NCBI RefSeq assembly: GCF_018350175.1
Contig: NC_058368.1
Coordinates: 142,230,001 to 142,294,000 of the forward strand
Length of the DNA: 64,000 nucleotides
Direction: 5' to 3'
Origin: Felis catus
Lineage: Eukaryota
Made by a program: the position numbers and the translations under genes. The notes beneath the pieces were generated by a model. That model ran no database searches and had not been told where the DNA came from. It saw only the letters and a program-made list of their open reading frames with translations. The stretch's first letter is position 1; every line of letters begins with the position of its first letter. Of the stretch, positions 21,521-33,692 are shown piece by piece.

Positions 21521-24500
21521 TAGTTGAACTTATCCATCTTTAGTGTGTGTGTGTGTGTGTTTTAATCTTAACAAGGTCTTAGCATTTACTGTGTTCCAAG
21601 CACTGTTTGAGGCACTTGACATTCATCCTAGGCAAAATACACAGAGATTTCTAGAGTTTACATTTGAGAAGCTCTTATGTACCCTAGGTTCATAAAAATA
21701 TTCACTTATTTTTTTTCCTTAAAAGTGTGTAGGTTTTGCTTTTTCACTTTTTAGTTCATCCACCTGGAATTTATTTTTGTATAGTATGAAGTAGGAAGTC
21801 TAGTTTATTCCATGTGGGTAGCCAGTTTTCCTAGCATCATTTATTGACTAATGACATTGTTTCTCCACTGTCTTATAGGGTCACATCTGTTGGATATCAA
21901 GTTTCTGCATTTGTGTGGATTTATTTCTGTGTCCTTTGTGTTTATTTTTATATTTCTGTGTCTTTGGCACCTGTACCACCCTCTTAGTTACTATATCCTT
22001 ATAATAAGCCTTGATACCATAGATCTGCCCTGTTCTTCCACAAAATGGTTTGACCTATTCTTAGCCCTTGGCTTTTTCATATGCATTTTAGAATCAGCTG
22101 TATGCAGCAGTTATTTCTTTGATTGTGCCTGTGTTCTTTTTTCAGGGCTGCTACTTGTTGTGTCAGGGTAAAATCCTGGTGCATTGGTGGTGTCTTCCGG
22201 GTTTAATAGTTGTGATATTTGAACTTCCCTTTGCAGCTGCTTGCTTGCTTTATCATCTTCTCTTTTCGTTCTGTCTTCCTTTTCCTGTGGCCACTTAAAA
22301 GAGTATTTTAAAAATACATTTTTAACTTCAAAAAGTATATTATCGCGGGGGGGGGGGACAAATTATAGAAGAGTGTATAAATAAAGCAAAAGGTTCAAGT
22401 CCCTCTAATAGCAGTTTGCTGAGAGTTTCCAGTTGTTTTTCTGGGTATGTACAAAGCATTGTTTATAAAAGCAAAAAAAAAAAAAAAATGGTCATATGCA
22501 TTTTATTTCATTTAATATTTAAAAGGCAGTCTTCTTTAGTTCTGACTCCTTCCTTTCGATGGCTGCGTGGTATTTTTATACAGTAATTTAACCAATTCCC
22601 TTTTGGTGGACTTGTAAGTATCTATTTGCTTTTTGATCTTTGTAGCTATTTTCAAATACTGCTAGTCCCCATTGGCAAAGCAGAGGTTGTATGGTTTATT
22701 TTCCATCTCCCTAATGCCTCCACTTTCTTTTCAAAGGGTATTAGTGAAGTTGTATCAAAAGCTCTCCTATTGACTTTTTAAGAAGTCATTCTATTTTTTT
22801 CATCATAGGGTATTCTTTAATCTCCATCTCTGATATCACCCATCCCCCGACTCACCTCCCCTCTGATGACTGTTAGTTTGCTCTGTATGTTTAAGAATGT
22901 GTTTCCTGCTTGTCTTTCTCTATTTTTTCCTTTGCTCATTTGTTTCTTAAATTATACATAGGAGTGAAACCATAAGGTATTTATTTGTCTTTCTCTGACT
23001 TATTTCACTCAGCATTGTACCCTACCTCTATTCATGTTGTTGGAAATGGCAAAATGTCATTCTTTTTTATAGCTGAATAATATTCCAATGTATATACATA
23101 TACCACATCTTTATTCATTCACCTATCAGTGGACACTTGGGCTGCTTCCATAATTTGGATATTGTAAATAATGCTTCTGTAAACATAGTGTTGCATATAT
23201 TCCTTTGAATTAGTCTTTTTGTATTTTTGGGTAAATACCCAGTAGTGAGATTGCTGGACTGTAGGTTAGCTCTATTTTTAATTTTTTTTAGTAACCTCCA
23301 TATATATGGTTTTCCACGATGGCTGTACACATTTGTATTCCTACCAGCAGTGCAAGAGGGTTCCTTTTTCTCCACATTGTTGCCAAGACTTGTTTCTTGT
23401 GTTTTTTATTTTAGCCATTCTGATCTGTGTGAAGTGATACCTTTCTGTAGTTTCAATTTGCATTTCCCTGATAAGTGATGTTGAGCACCTTTTCATGTGT
23501 CTTTTGGCTATCTGGGTGTCTTTTTTTGTAGAAATGTCTGTTCATATCTTCCGTCCATTTTTAAATTGCATTATTTGTGGGGTTTTTTTGTTTGGAGTTG
23601 TATAAGTTTGTTATATATTTTGGGTGCTAACTCTTTATTAGATGTGTCATTTGCAGATATCCCATTACATAGGTTGCTTTTTAGTTTTGTTGATTGTTTC
23701 CTTTGCTGTGCAGAGGCTATTGATTTATTTATTTTTTGCTTTTATTTGCCTTGCCTCAGGAGACCTATCTAGAAAAATATTGCTGCAGCCAATATTAGAT
23801 TGATTACTACCTGTGCCCTCTTCTAGGATTTTTATGGTTTCAGGTCTCACATAAGGTATTTAATCCATTTTGAGTTTAGTTTTGTGTATGGTGAAAGAAA
23901 GTGGTCCAGTTTCATTCTTTGGCATGTGGCTGTCCAGGTTTCCCAACACAATTTGTTGAAGAGACTTTATAATCATTCCTCCTTTGTTAGAGGGTAATTG
24001 ACCATATAATTGTGGGTTTATTTCTGGATTTTCTGTTTTATTCTGTTGATCTATGTATCTGTTTTTATGCCAGTCCTATACTGTTGTAATTACTACCACT
24101 TTGTAATGCAACTTGAAATTTGGGATTGTGATTAACTCCAGTTTTGTTTTTCATTTTTAAGATGGCTTTGGCTATTCGAGGTCTGTATAGTTCCATACAA
24201 ATTTTAGGATTGTTTGAGTTCTGTGAAAAATGCTGTTGGTATTTTGCTAAGGATTGCATTGAATGTGTAGATTGCTTTGGGTAGTTAAAACATTTTAACA
24301 ATGTTTGTTTTCTCAGTCCATGAGCATGAAACGTCTTTCCATTTCTTTGTGTTGTCTTCACTTTCTTTCATCAGTGTTTTAATGTTTTTAGAGTACAGGT
24401 TTTTACCTCTTTGGTTAGGTTTATTCCTAAGTATCTTATTATTTTTGGTGTGTTGTGAGATTGTTTTCTTAATTTCTCTTTCTGCTATTTCATTATTATG

Positions 24501-25376
24501 GTATAGAAATGCAACAGATTTCTGTGTATTGATATTTGTATTCTGCAGCTTGACTAAATTCATTGGTTAGTTATAGCAGTTTTTTGGTGCAGTCTTTAGG
24601 GTTTTCTATATAGGGTATCATGTCTTCTGCAAATAGTGAAAGCTTTACTTTTTCCTTACCAATTGGATACCTTTTATTTCTTTTTGTTGTCGATTGCTGT
24701 GACTAGGACTTCCCATACTATGTTGAATAAAAGTGGTGAGAGTAGACATCATTGTCTTGTTTGTGATGTTTGGGGGAAAACTTCTCAGTTTTTCCCCATT
24801 GAGTATAATGTTAGCTGTGGGCTTTTAGTATAAGACCTTTATTATGTTGAGGTATGTTCCTTCTAGACCTCCCTTGTTGAGGGCTTTTATCATGAATGTA
24901 TATTGTACTTTGTCAAATGCTTTTTCTGCATCTGTTGAGATGATCACTTTTTTATCCTTTTTTTTTAATGATGCGATGTATCACATAGATTGATTTTTTA
25001 ATATTGAGCTACCCTTGCATCCTGAGAATAAATCCCAGTTGATCATGGTGTATAACTTTTTAAGTAAATTGTTGGATTTGATTTGCTAAAATTTTGTTGA
25101 AGATTTTTGCATCTGTATTCATCAGAGATACTGGCTTAAAGTTCTCTTTTTAGTGGTGCCTTTATCTGGTTTTGGTATCAGGTATACTGGCCTTCTAGAA
25201 TGAATTTGAAAGTCTTCCTTCCTTTTGTATTTTTTCAAATAGTTTGAGAAGAATGGGTATTAACACTTCTTTAAATTCACCTGTGAAATCACCTGGTCCT
25301 GGATTTTGGTTTTGTGGGAATTTTTTTGATTACTGATTGAATTTCATTGCTGGTGATTGGTCTGTTCAAATTTTCT

Positions 25377-25587
25377 TTTTTTTTTTTTTTAAAGTTATTT
25401 TGTGTGTGAGAGAGAGAAAGTGTGTGCATGTACAAGTGAGGGAAGGGGCAGAGAAAGGAGGCAGGAGAGAATCCCAAGTAGGCTCCCCATTTGTCAGTGC
25501 AAGCCCGATATGGGGCTCATTCTGAGATCATGACCTGAGTCGAAATCACCAATTGGTTGCTTAGCTGACAGAGACACCCAGGTGCCC
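25377..25587 (-). mobile_element. CanSINE within L1
   Basis: TSD tct(g/a)ttcaaattttct. Confidence 0.88.
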
Positions 25588-27290
25588 GGTCTATTCAAAT
25601 TTTCTGTTTCTTGCTGCTTTAGCTTTGGTAGGTTATATGTTTCTAGGAAATTATGCATTTAAGTTGTCCAATTTGTTGCCATGTAGGTTTTCATAATAGT
25701 CTGTCATGATTATATTTCTGTGGTGTTTGTTGCTATTTCTCCTCTTAGTAATTTTATTTGGGTTCTCTCTCTTTTTTGTAAAGAGTCTTCCTTCTATTAC
25801 TTTTGTAAGTTTCTATATCTTTATTTCTTGTTTAATCTTTATTATTTCCTTCCTTTTGCTGTGGTTGAGTTTTTTTTTTTTTTTTTCTGGCTCCTTAGGT
25901 GTAAAGTTAGGTTGTTTGAGATTCTTTTTGCTTCTTAAGGTACGCCAGTATTACTATAAACTTTCCCCTTAGAAGTACTTTTGCATCCCAAAGATTTTAG
26001 ACCTTTGTGCTTTCATTTTCTTTAGTTTCCATGTATGTTTTTATTTCTTTTTTGCTTTCTTGGTTGACCTGTTCATTGTTTAATAGCATGTTATTTAAGC
26101 CCCATGTTTTTGTGCTCTTTCCACATTTTTTCTTGGGGCTGATTTGTAGTTTAATAGTGTTGTGGTCAGAAAAGATGAAGCATGGTATGACTTTCATTTT
26201 TTTTTAATTTGTTGAGAGTTTTTTTGGTGGGCTAATATGTAATCTCTTCTGGAGAATGTTCCATGTGCACTTGAAAAGAATGTGTAGTCTGCTGTTTTAA
26301 GGTGGAGTGTTCTGAATATGTCTGTTAAATTTATACGGTCCAGTGTATCATTCAAAGCCACTGTTTTCCTTTTTGATTTTCTCTGTTGATGATCTGTCCA
26401 TTGATGCGCTTGGGGTGTAGAAGTCCTCTACTATTACCATATTGTATTACTATTAATTGTTCCTTCATGTTTGTTGTTAACTGTTTTATGTATTTGGGTG
26501 CTTCCATGTTGGGTGCATAAATATTTATAATTATATTTTCTTGGATTGTCCACTTCATTATTACTTAGGGCACTTTTTTGTCTCTTGTTGCAGTTTTTGT
26601 TTTAAAGTCTCTTGTCCGATATAAGTATTTCTACCCTGGCTTTCTTTGTCATCCATTTGCATGATAAATGTTTCTCTGTCTACTCTGCAGGTGGCTTTTG
26701 GTCTGAAATGAGTCTCTTGTAAGCACCATATAGATGGGTATTGTTTTTATATCCACTCTGTCACCCTATCCATGCTCTTTGATTAGAGCATTTAGTCCAT
26801 TTACATTCTCAGTAATTATTGATAGGTATTTATTGCCATTCTTAGATTTATTTTCTGGTTGTTACTATAGATTTTCTTTGATTCTTTCTTCTCTTGAGTG
26901 TCTTTCATGGTTTGTTGGCTTTTTTAGTGATATAGTTGGATACCCCTCTCTATTCTTGCATGTTTATTACTGGATTGTGATTTGTCATTATCATCGTGGT
27001 TGTATATGACATTTTCTACATATAGCAGTCTATATTAAGTTGATCACTGCTTAAGTTTAAACCTATTTTTTATTCCTCTCCCTCCCACCTTTTAGGTATA
27101 TATTGTCATATTTTACATCCTTTTATTTTATGAATCCCTTGACTGATTTTTACAGAAATATTTATTTTTACTGTTTTTGTGCTTTTTATTTTTCATATTC
27201 TCATTTAGGGTCTTTCCTTTCCACTCAAAGAGTCCTCTTTAAAATTTCTTGTAGGGCTGGTTTAATAGTCTTTTTGTCTGAGAAACTCTA

Positions 27291-27418
27291 TTTTTATTTT
27301 AAGTAGGCTTCACACCCAACATGGAGCCTAATGCAGGGCTTGAACTCATGACCCCAAGATCAAGACCTGAGCTGAGATCAGGAGTCAGACGCTTGACTGA
27401 CTCCTCCACCAGGTACCC
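27291..27418 (-). mobile_element. Short CanSINE within L1
   Basis: TSD gagaaactct. Confidence 0.88.
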
Positions 27419-28032
27419 TTGTTGGAGAAACTCTGTGTCTCTTTCGATTCTGAATAGTAGCCTTTCTGGATAGAGTATTCTTGGCTGCAGATTTTTCCCT
27501 TTTAGCACTTTGAATATATCATGCAACTTCCTTCTGGCCTGCAGAGTTGCTGCTGAAAAATTTGCTTAAAGCCTATGGGGTTTCCCTTGTATGAAACTGT
27601 CTTTTCTCTGGCTGCTTTAAAATTTTTTTCTTTATCCCTACCTTTTGCCATTTTAATTACTATGTGTCTTGGTGTGGACCTCTTTGGTTTCATTTTTTTG
27701 GGGGGGGGGTGGATCTCTGTGCCTCCTGGATTTGCATATATGTTTCCTTCCCCAGATAAGGGAAGTTTTCAGTTATTATTTCTTCAGATACATTTTCTTC
27801 CCTCTTACCTCTCTCTTCTTCTGAGATCCCTATAATGTGGATGTTATTAGGCTTGATGGAGTTGCTGAGTTCCCTAATAATGTACTCAATTAACATAATT
27901 TTCTTTCCTCTCCTTTGCTCAGCTTGATTACTTTCTATTACTCTATCTTCTAGGTCATTAATTCATTTGTCTGCCTCATCTAGCCTACTATTCCATCAAG
28001 TGTATTTTTAGTTTCATTTATTGTGTTCTATA

Positions 28033-28238
28033 TTTTTGTTTAATTTTTTGTAATGTTTATTTATTTTGGAGACAGAGACACAGAGCACAAGTGGGGGAAG
28101 GGCAGAGAATGAGGGAAACACAGAATCCAAAGCAGGCTCCAGGCTCTGAGCTGTCAGCACAGAGCCCGACCCAGGGCTCGAACTCCCAAACTGTGAGAGC
28201 TGAAGTCGACACTTAACTGACAGCCACCTAGGCTCCCC
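28033..28238 (-). mobile_element. CanSINE within L1
   Basis: TSD tcatttattgt. Confidence 0.92.
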
Positions 28239-28354
28239 TCATTTATTGTATTCTTGATCTCAGGTTCTTTTTTATGTCTGGTTAAGGGTCTCACTGATAT
28301 CTCCACTCTTCTCCAGTCCAGTAAGTATCTTTATGATCATTACTTTAAATTCTT

Positions 28355-28585
28355 GGGGCGCCTGGGTGGCGCAGTCGGTTAAGCGTCCGACTTCAGCCAG
28401 GTCACGATCTCGCAGTCTGTGAGTTCGAGCTCCGCGTCAGGCTCTGGGCTGATGGCTTGGAGCCTGGAGCTTGTTTCCGATTCTGTGTCTCCCTCTCTCT
28501 GCCCCTCCCCCATTCATGCTCTGTCTCTCTCCCAAAAATAAATAAAAACGTTGAAAAAAAATTAAAAATGAATAAATAAATAAAT
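28355..28585 (+). mobile_element. Young CanSINE (SINEC_Fc1-like) within L1
   Basis: ggggcgcctgggtggcgcagtcggttaagcgtccgacttcagccaggtcacg; TSD taaattct. Confidence 0.95.
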
Positions 28586-30181
28586 AAATTCTCTATCAGA
28601 CATAGTACTTACATCCATTTTGCTTTGATCTCTTGCTGTGGTTTGGTCCTGTTCTTTCATTTGGGAGATATTTCTCTGTCTTCTTATTTTGTTTGACTTT
28701 CCGTAGCTGTTCCTGTGTGTTGGGAAGTCAGCTACTTCTCTTGCTCTTAGCGATAACAATCTTATGAAAAAGAGGTCCTGTAGTGCCCTGTAGTACAGTG
28801 TCCCCTGTTTCCCAGGGCCTGGTGCTTCAGGGCTTGTTTGCTCTGTGTTTTGTTTGTGCTCTGCTGTTGAATCTTGGTTTCTTTTTCCTTCAGTCCAGTT
28901 GTTTGTTGATGCTGTCTTTACTTCTTATGAGTAGCAAGGTGTGCAGTGGTCTTGTTGTGAAGTTACACTGCCTGCTGGAAATGAGGTCCTGCGCAACAAA
29001 CAGGTGGTTTAGAACATGTGTTATTGGCAGAGTTTGCACCATGCCTGTGGGGGAGGGGTCTTGTAGCACCAGCACTCAGGAGCACGAGTAGGAAGCGCTG
29101 ATCTGCTGAAGCATACGTGGCGGGGCTTGGCATAAGCAAGTTAGGTAGCATGAATCTACACAGTGCTGGTTTCCACAGATGGCCGTTGTTTATGCTGGGG
29201 GACAGGGGAGGAAAATGGCACCTGCTAGCTCCTTTGTTCCTGGAGGGGTCTCCCCGTGATCCTTGTCTCTCCAGGCCATGTTCTGAGATGAGCAAATCAC
29301 TGTATCTTGTCTGCCCCTGGCATTTTTCAAATTGCTGGTTCTGCACTGCATCTGCATGGCTGTTTTTCGTGCCGTCTTTCTTAGGGCAGGGACTCTGTCT
29401 CCTAATGCCTAGAGCCCAGCATGCCGAGTTTTTAAATTCTAGGTTTTAAGTCCTGTTGGTTTTAAGAACTAATGAAATTTCAAAGGCAAATATGGAGATT
29501 TGTCCTCCCTGTTGGCAGCCTCCCTAGTGTGAAAGTCTGTTTTCTGCTCTTCTCTGCGCCACTGGCTCCTTCTCCACTGTGGCTGGCTGCCATCCCTTTT
29601 GCTCCCAGGCTGTGTCTTCACGCTTTATACCTTCTTAGATGTGGCCTCTTCCCTGCCTTTAGTTGTGGAGTTTGTTCTGCCAGTCCTTGGGTTGTTTCCT
29701 GGGTTGTTTCTACTGATAGTGTGATCTGGTTGTATCTTTGGGAGGATCCAAACTTTGGGTCCTCTTACTCTGCCATCTTCCCAGCCAATCTCTCCTATTT
29801 ACTTTTTAGGGCCCTGGCAAATAGCTTTCTTTGGTTGAAAGAGTTAACACTTACCCTTGGTGTAAATTATTCAGTTTAGTGCTATCTGTATTTTACTAAA
29901 AAATACTTAAACTTTTTTTGTTTTGTTTTGTGTTTTTACATGTGGTATTCTGGAGGGGAGAGTGTGGTTTAGTGGTAAAGGTAGCAGTCAGGTTGAAGAA
30001 TTGAGGAATGAGTGAATTTGAGAAAATGGGAGATGGAGAGCCTAAGTAGTACTTTACCATACACTAGAGGAGGAAGAGAGGAGTTCTTGGCATTTCGAGT
30101 TTTGTTGGTGTTAGGCCTTTTGAAAGATGTTAAAGTTGAATACCTGTCTTACATAATTTGTCCTTTTCTTAACGTTCCTAG

Positions 30182-30280
30182 CCTCCACCAGGCACTGTGA
30201 AAATGCCTAATGTACCTAGTACACAACCAGCAATAATGAAACCAACAGAGGAACATCCAGCCTATACACAGATTGCAAAG
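30182..30280 (+). CDS. SCAMP1: SCAMP1 coding exon (exon 3; [33 protein letters not shown])
   Basis: Acceptor ttcctAG (30180-30181), donor GTtagt (30281). 99 nt, phase 0-0, in frame with the previous exon. Confidence 0.97.
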
Positions 30281-30525
30281 GTTAGTTCATGTTACAGTGT
30301 AAATTTGTATTGGAAATTAAAGTATCAGTAACATCTTCAGAGCAAAAGAATTCTTTATATGTTGCCTTATTTAATTTTTAACTTTCTTTTCAATATGTGT
30401 GAGCTAGTAACATTTGCTTTATTCTGTTATTACCAGTTACTGAATTCATAGATCTTCTTGGTGTACAGTTTGTTTAGGGAAACTTTTATTGCCTTTGGTT
30501 TCATTTTTTAATGCCTAGTACTATT

Positions 30526-30601
30526 ATAGTACCGATGATACTATAATTGGAAGTATAATGTTGTATAGTATAATGATACTATAATTGGAGGTATAATGTT
30601 G
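30526..30601. repeat. Tandem duplication of about 38 bp (core atgatactataattgga(a/g)gtataatgttg)
   Basis: Core copies at 30535-30563 and 30573-30601. Confidence 0.9.
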
Positions 30602-31119
30602 GAAGAGAGTTACCATGGCTAAGCAAAGGACAGTGATTGGAAGCAGCAGGTGGCAAAAGTATGAGAATAAAGGAGACGAATAGGATACCTCATTTTACAT
30701 AAAAGCAGATGGAGTTACAAACCAGACTTTCTTAATCATATCCTTCTTTCATCTCATTGTCTTTTAAAATAGAAGATGTTATACATATTCTTGCATTAGA
30801 AACTGTATGTACCATTTAAGCAATTCTTAAGAGGCAATTCAGTTGTCATTTTTTCCATTTTTTTCCAGTTCCCTTTGTTCTTCATTCTCATTTAGGCACA
30901 GAGGTCACCTTGATTTTATTTTCCCAATTACCTTAGGACTCTAACTAATCTTATTGAGAGAATTTTGTCCTGTCCTAATGTGTCCCATATTCTCACTGAT
31001 GGTTTTCATAACCAAAAGACCCAAAATGAGCCAAGTATCTCCATAATATTTTCTGAAACTATAACCTTGAGCGAATTACTGCATTTTGGAAGAGCATTTG
31101 AATTAAGTTTCTAGCATTG

Positions 31120-31207
31120 TACAGTTGTACTCTTGATCTTGGGGTTGTGATTTTAAGCCCAATGTTGGGTGTAGATATTACTAAAAAAAATAATAAATAA
31201 ACTTAAA
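31120..31207 (+). mobile_element. 5' truncated short CanSINE
   Basis: cttgatcttggggttgtgattttaagcccaatgttgggtgtaga plus A tail; approximate TSD tttcta(gc/ag)attgta. Confidence 0.75.
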
Positions 31208-31308
31208 ATTTTCTAAGATTGTAGAGGGAGAGATAGTAGATAGCATAGCAGTGTTACAACTCTAAAAACCTATTCATGTGTTGATTTTTATTATTACTAT
31301 TTTTTAAG

Positions 31309-31417
31309 GAACATGCCTTGGCCCAAGCTGAACTTCTTAAGCGCCAAGAAGAACTAGAAAGAAAAGCAGCAGAATTAGATCGTCGAGAGCGAGAAATGCA
31401 AAATCTCAGTCAACATG
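31309..31417 (+). CDS. SCAMP1: SCAMP1 coding exon (exon 4; [36 protein letters not shown], coiled coil)
   Basis: Acceptor ttttttaAG (31307-31308), donor GTagta (31418). 109 nt, phase 0-1. Encodes the SCAMP-family heptad region. Confidence 0.97.
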
Positions 31418-31844
31418 GTAGTATCCAAAGAAGTTTGAAATGAAAATAACTTAAACACTTTAAATAATGCTTGTGCTAGCTCTAAGTCCTTTGGTTTGTG
31501 GATAAAGCCATGCCCTATTTTCCTGTTGTAGCAAGATCAGAAAGCAGATTTCCTACTTGTTGCTTTGTAGCTTTCTGATATTGGCTAATTTACATAGTCT
31601 TTTGATTAAAACACTGTTAGCCTTATAACACAGAAAGTGAATCTGAATATGATAATTTTGGGTTTTAGCCAGGAGTCTGTTTCTGTACTTGGGCCCTTGT
31701 TGAGTCTGTTGAAGTTTTGTAAGTACCTGGAAGTGTGCCCTAACTTTGACTCTCAACTTCTTGTTTAGTCAGTCCAGTTTCGAATTATCTGCCCCAGTCC
31801 TCACAAGTATAACTTATCTGTCAAATTGTGTTTAAAAAATGTTT

Positions 31845-32038
31845 GGTGTGGGGCTCAGTTGGTTAAGTGTTGGTCTTTGGCTCAGGTCATGATCTCGTGA
31901 TTCGTGGGTTTGAGCCCCACGTTGGGCTTTGTGCTGACAGCTCAGAGCCTGGAGCCTGCTTCGGATTCTGTCTCCTTCTCTGTCTGCCCCTCCCTGCTCA
32001 TGCTCTGTCTCTCAAAAATAAATAGATGTTAAAAAAAA
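31845..32038 (+). mobile_element. CanSINE
   Basis: ggctcagttggttaag...ctcaaaaataaat. Confidence 0.92.
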
Positions 32039-32317
32039 TTTTTTTTAAATGTCTGCCGTGACTCTGGGAAGCTTTGGGGTTCTCGGTGATGCCAAGGAAG
32101 TAAGTGATGAATTGATCATTTGCTGTGAAATCTAGACTGTGAGTATCAAAAGCCACTTCAAGGGAATATCTTAGGGAAAGATAGCAGTGTCTGACTAAGA
32201 AGGGTTGAAGAGCTAGACAGATCATTGGTATTATGTCTAGGATAGTGATAGAATAACAGGGCTAGGTCAACAACAATATACTGAACTATCTCTTCCTTAT
32301 CTTAGAATGTGTAACCC

Positions 32318-32620
32318 TAAGTCAGGAAAGACAAATAGTGTAAGCTTTCACTCATATGTGGAATTTAAGAAACAAAATCAATAATCATAGGGGTAAAAAA
32401 AGAGAGGAAAACCAAGGAACAGGCTCAACTGTGGAGAACAAACTGATGATTACCAGAGGGGAGGTAGAGGAGGGGATTGGTTGGGTATGTGGTGGGGATT
32501 AAGGAGTGCACTTGTGATCAGCACCGGGTGTTGTTTGGAAGTGTTAAACCACCTAATTGTACACCTGAAACTAATACTACACTGTATGTTAACTCGCAAA
32601 TTTAAATAAAAACTAAAAAT
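32318..32620 (+). mobile_element. 5' truncated carnivore L1 3' end (sense to the gene)
   Basis: aagtcaggaaagacaaat...tgtacacctgaaactaatactacactgtatgttaact...AATAAA (32605-32610). Confidence 0.9.
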
Positions 32621-33652
32621 ATAGTGGTCTTGGAATATCAAAAAAAAAAATTGTAAGTCTAGGACCTTGTGAGGACACATTCATCCTTGGCCGTTTTGTT
32701 GATGGCAACATTAGAGATAATATCTATAAAATGAGAAACTAAAGGTTTATTTGAGATCAGTGTATCTGAAATACCTGTAATAAAATCTGTCCTTTGTCCT
32801 TGGTATTGACTAATACAAGTTATTTCTATGAGAGCTATTTTAGTAAAGATGTCAAAAAGAGTGGGAAATTAAAAGTTAGACTTGGCAGTGTGCTATACAT
32901 GTAAGTACTTACCATCTATTAACTCGTTTAATTATCATTGTTATTCCCTGAAGGGTGGTATAATTGATATTCTATTGTTATTTCTACTCTGAAATTTATG
33001 AAGAAACATAAGATTTTATAGATGTAGAAAGTCTTTAGAAGCTTAAGGTGCCCAAGACCCCCTAGCCAGTAAGTGACTAGGCGCTTATGTTTTTGGATCC
33101 TAGTTCTTCTATTACTATTCACTGCTGCTCTCAAATAGTATGAGACTTGTATGAGAAATGTATACGAAATTGGAAAAAAATTAGGAACAGTGCAGACAAG
33201 TTGGGAAGAATAAGACATAGGTCATTCTTTTTTTCCACTGTAAAATTTTCTTAGTCTATATAAAGTGTGTAAAATCTAATGTTCACAAATTATGGCATAT
33301 AATATATAAAATGAGAAGTGGCTTTTAGGTGCTATTTTTACCTTCTGTTGTTAATGTTTTGACTTCTTGCTTTAATTTTGTTTTTTTTTTATTCCTCCCA
33401 CCACTTCCCAAGCCCTATTTTCAATTTCATTTCTTTATATAGACATATTTTCCCTCCTCATAGCTTGAATTTGTTTTTCCTCTAGGTTTTTGAAGGTGCT
33501 ATATAATTCCTGAGCTTCCTTTTCTTGACTGTTTCATGTTTTCTCCTAGTTCCGTGGTTTTCTTACATGTATGTTTTGAATGTTACTTTTTCAGACTTTG
33601 AGATTTCTAGATTTGATTCATTAGCAGTAGTGAATCTTGTGTTCATGGAGTT

Positions 33653-33692
33653 AATAGTAGAAAACTCAAAAAAAATAGTAGAAAACTCAAAA
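33653..33692. repeat. Direct duplication aatagtagaaaactcaaaa x2 separated by aa
   Basis: Copies at 33653-33671 and 33674-33692. Confidence 0.9.

Larger units (their letters stand above)
19660..22110 (-). mobile_element. Ancient L1 (L1ME-like) fragments
   Basis: ggacatttggattattgc...gtaaataatgctatagtgagcatt; ccagttttcctagcatcatttattga. Confidence 0.6.
22781..29789 (-). mobile_element. Nearly full-length carnivore L1 (degenerate ORF1/ORF2), antisense to SCAMP1
   Basis: 5' end reads gggaagatggcagagtaagaggaccc on the minus strand. ORF1 relics TPRHIVIKM and LQPRILYP; endonuclease relics IINIYAPNMEAPKYIKQ and FSDHNTIKL. 19-bp TSD ctctcctatt(g/t)acttttta at 22762-22780 and 29790-29808. Confidence 0.93.
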
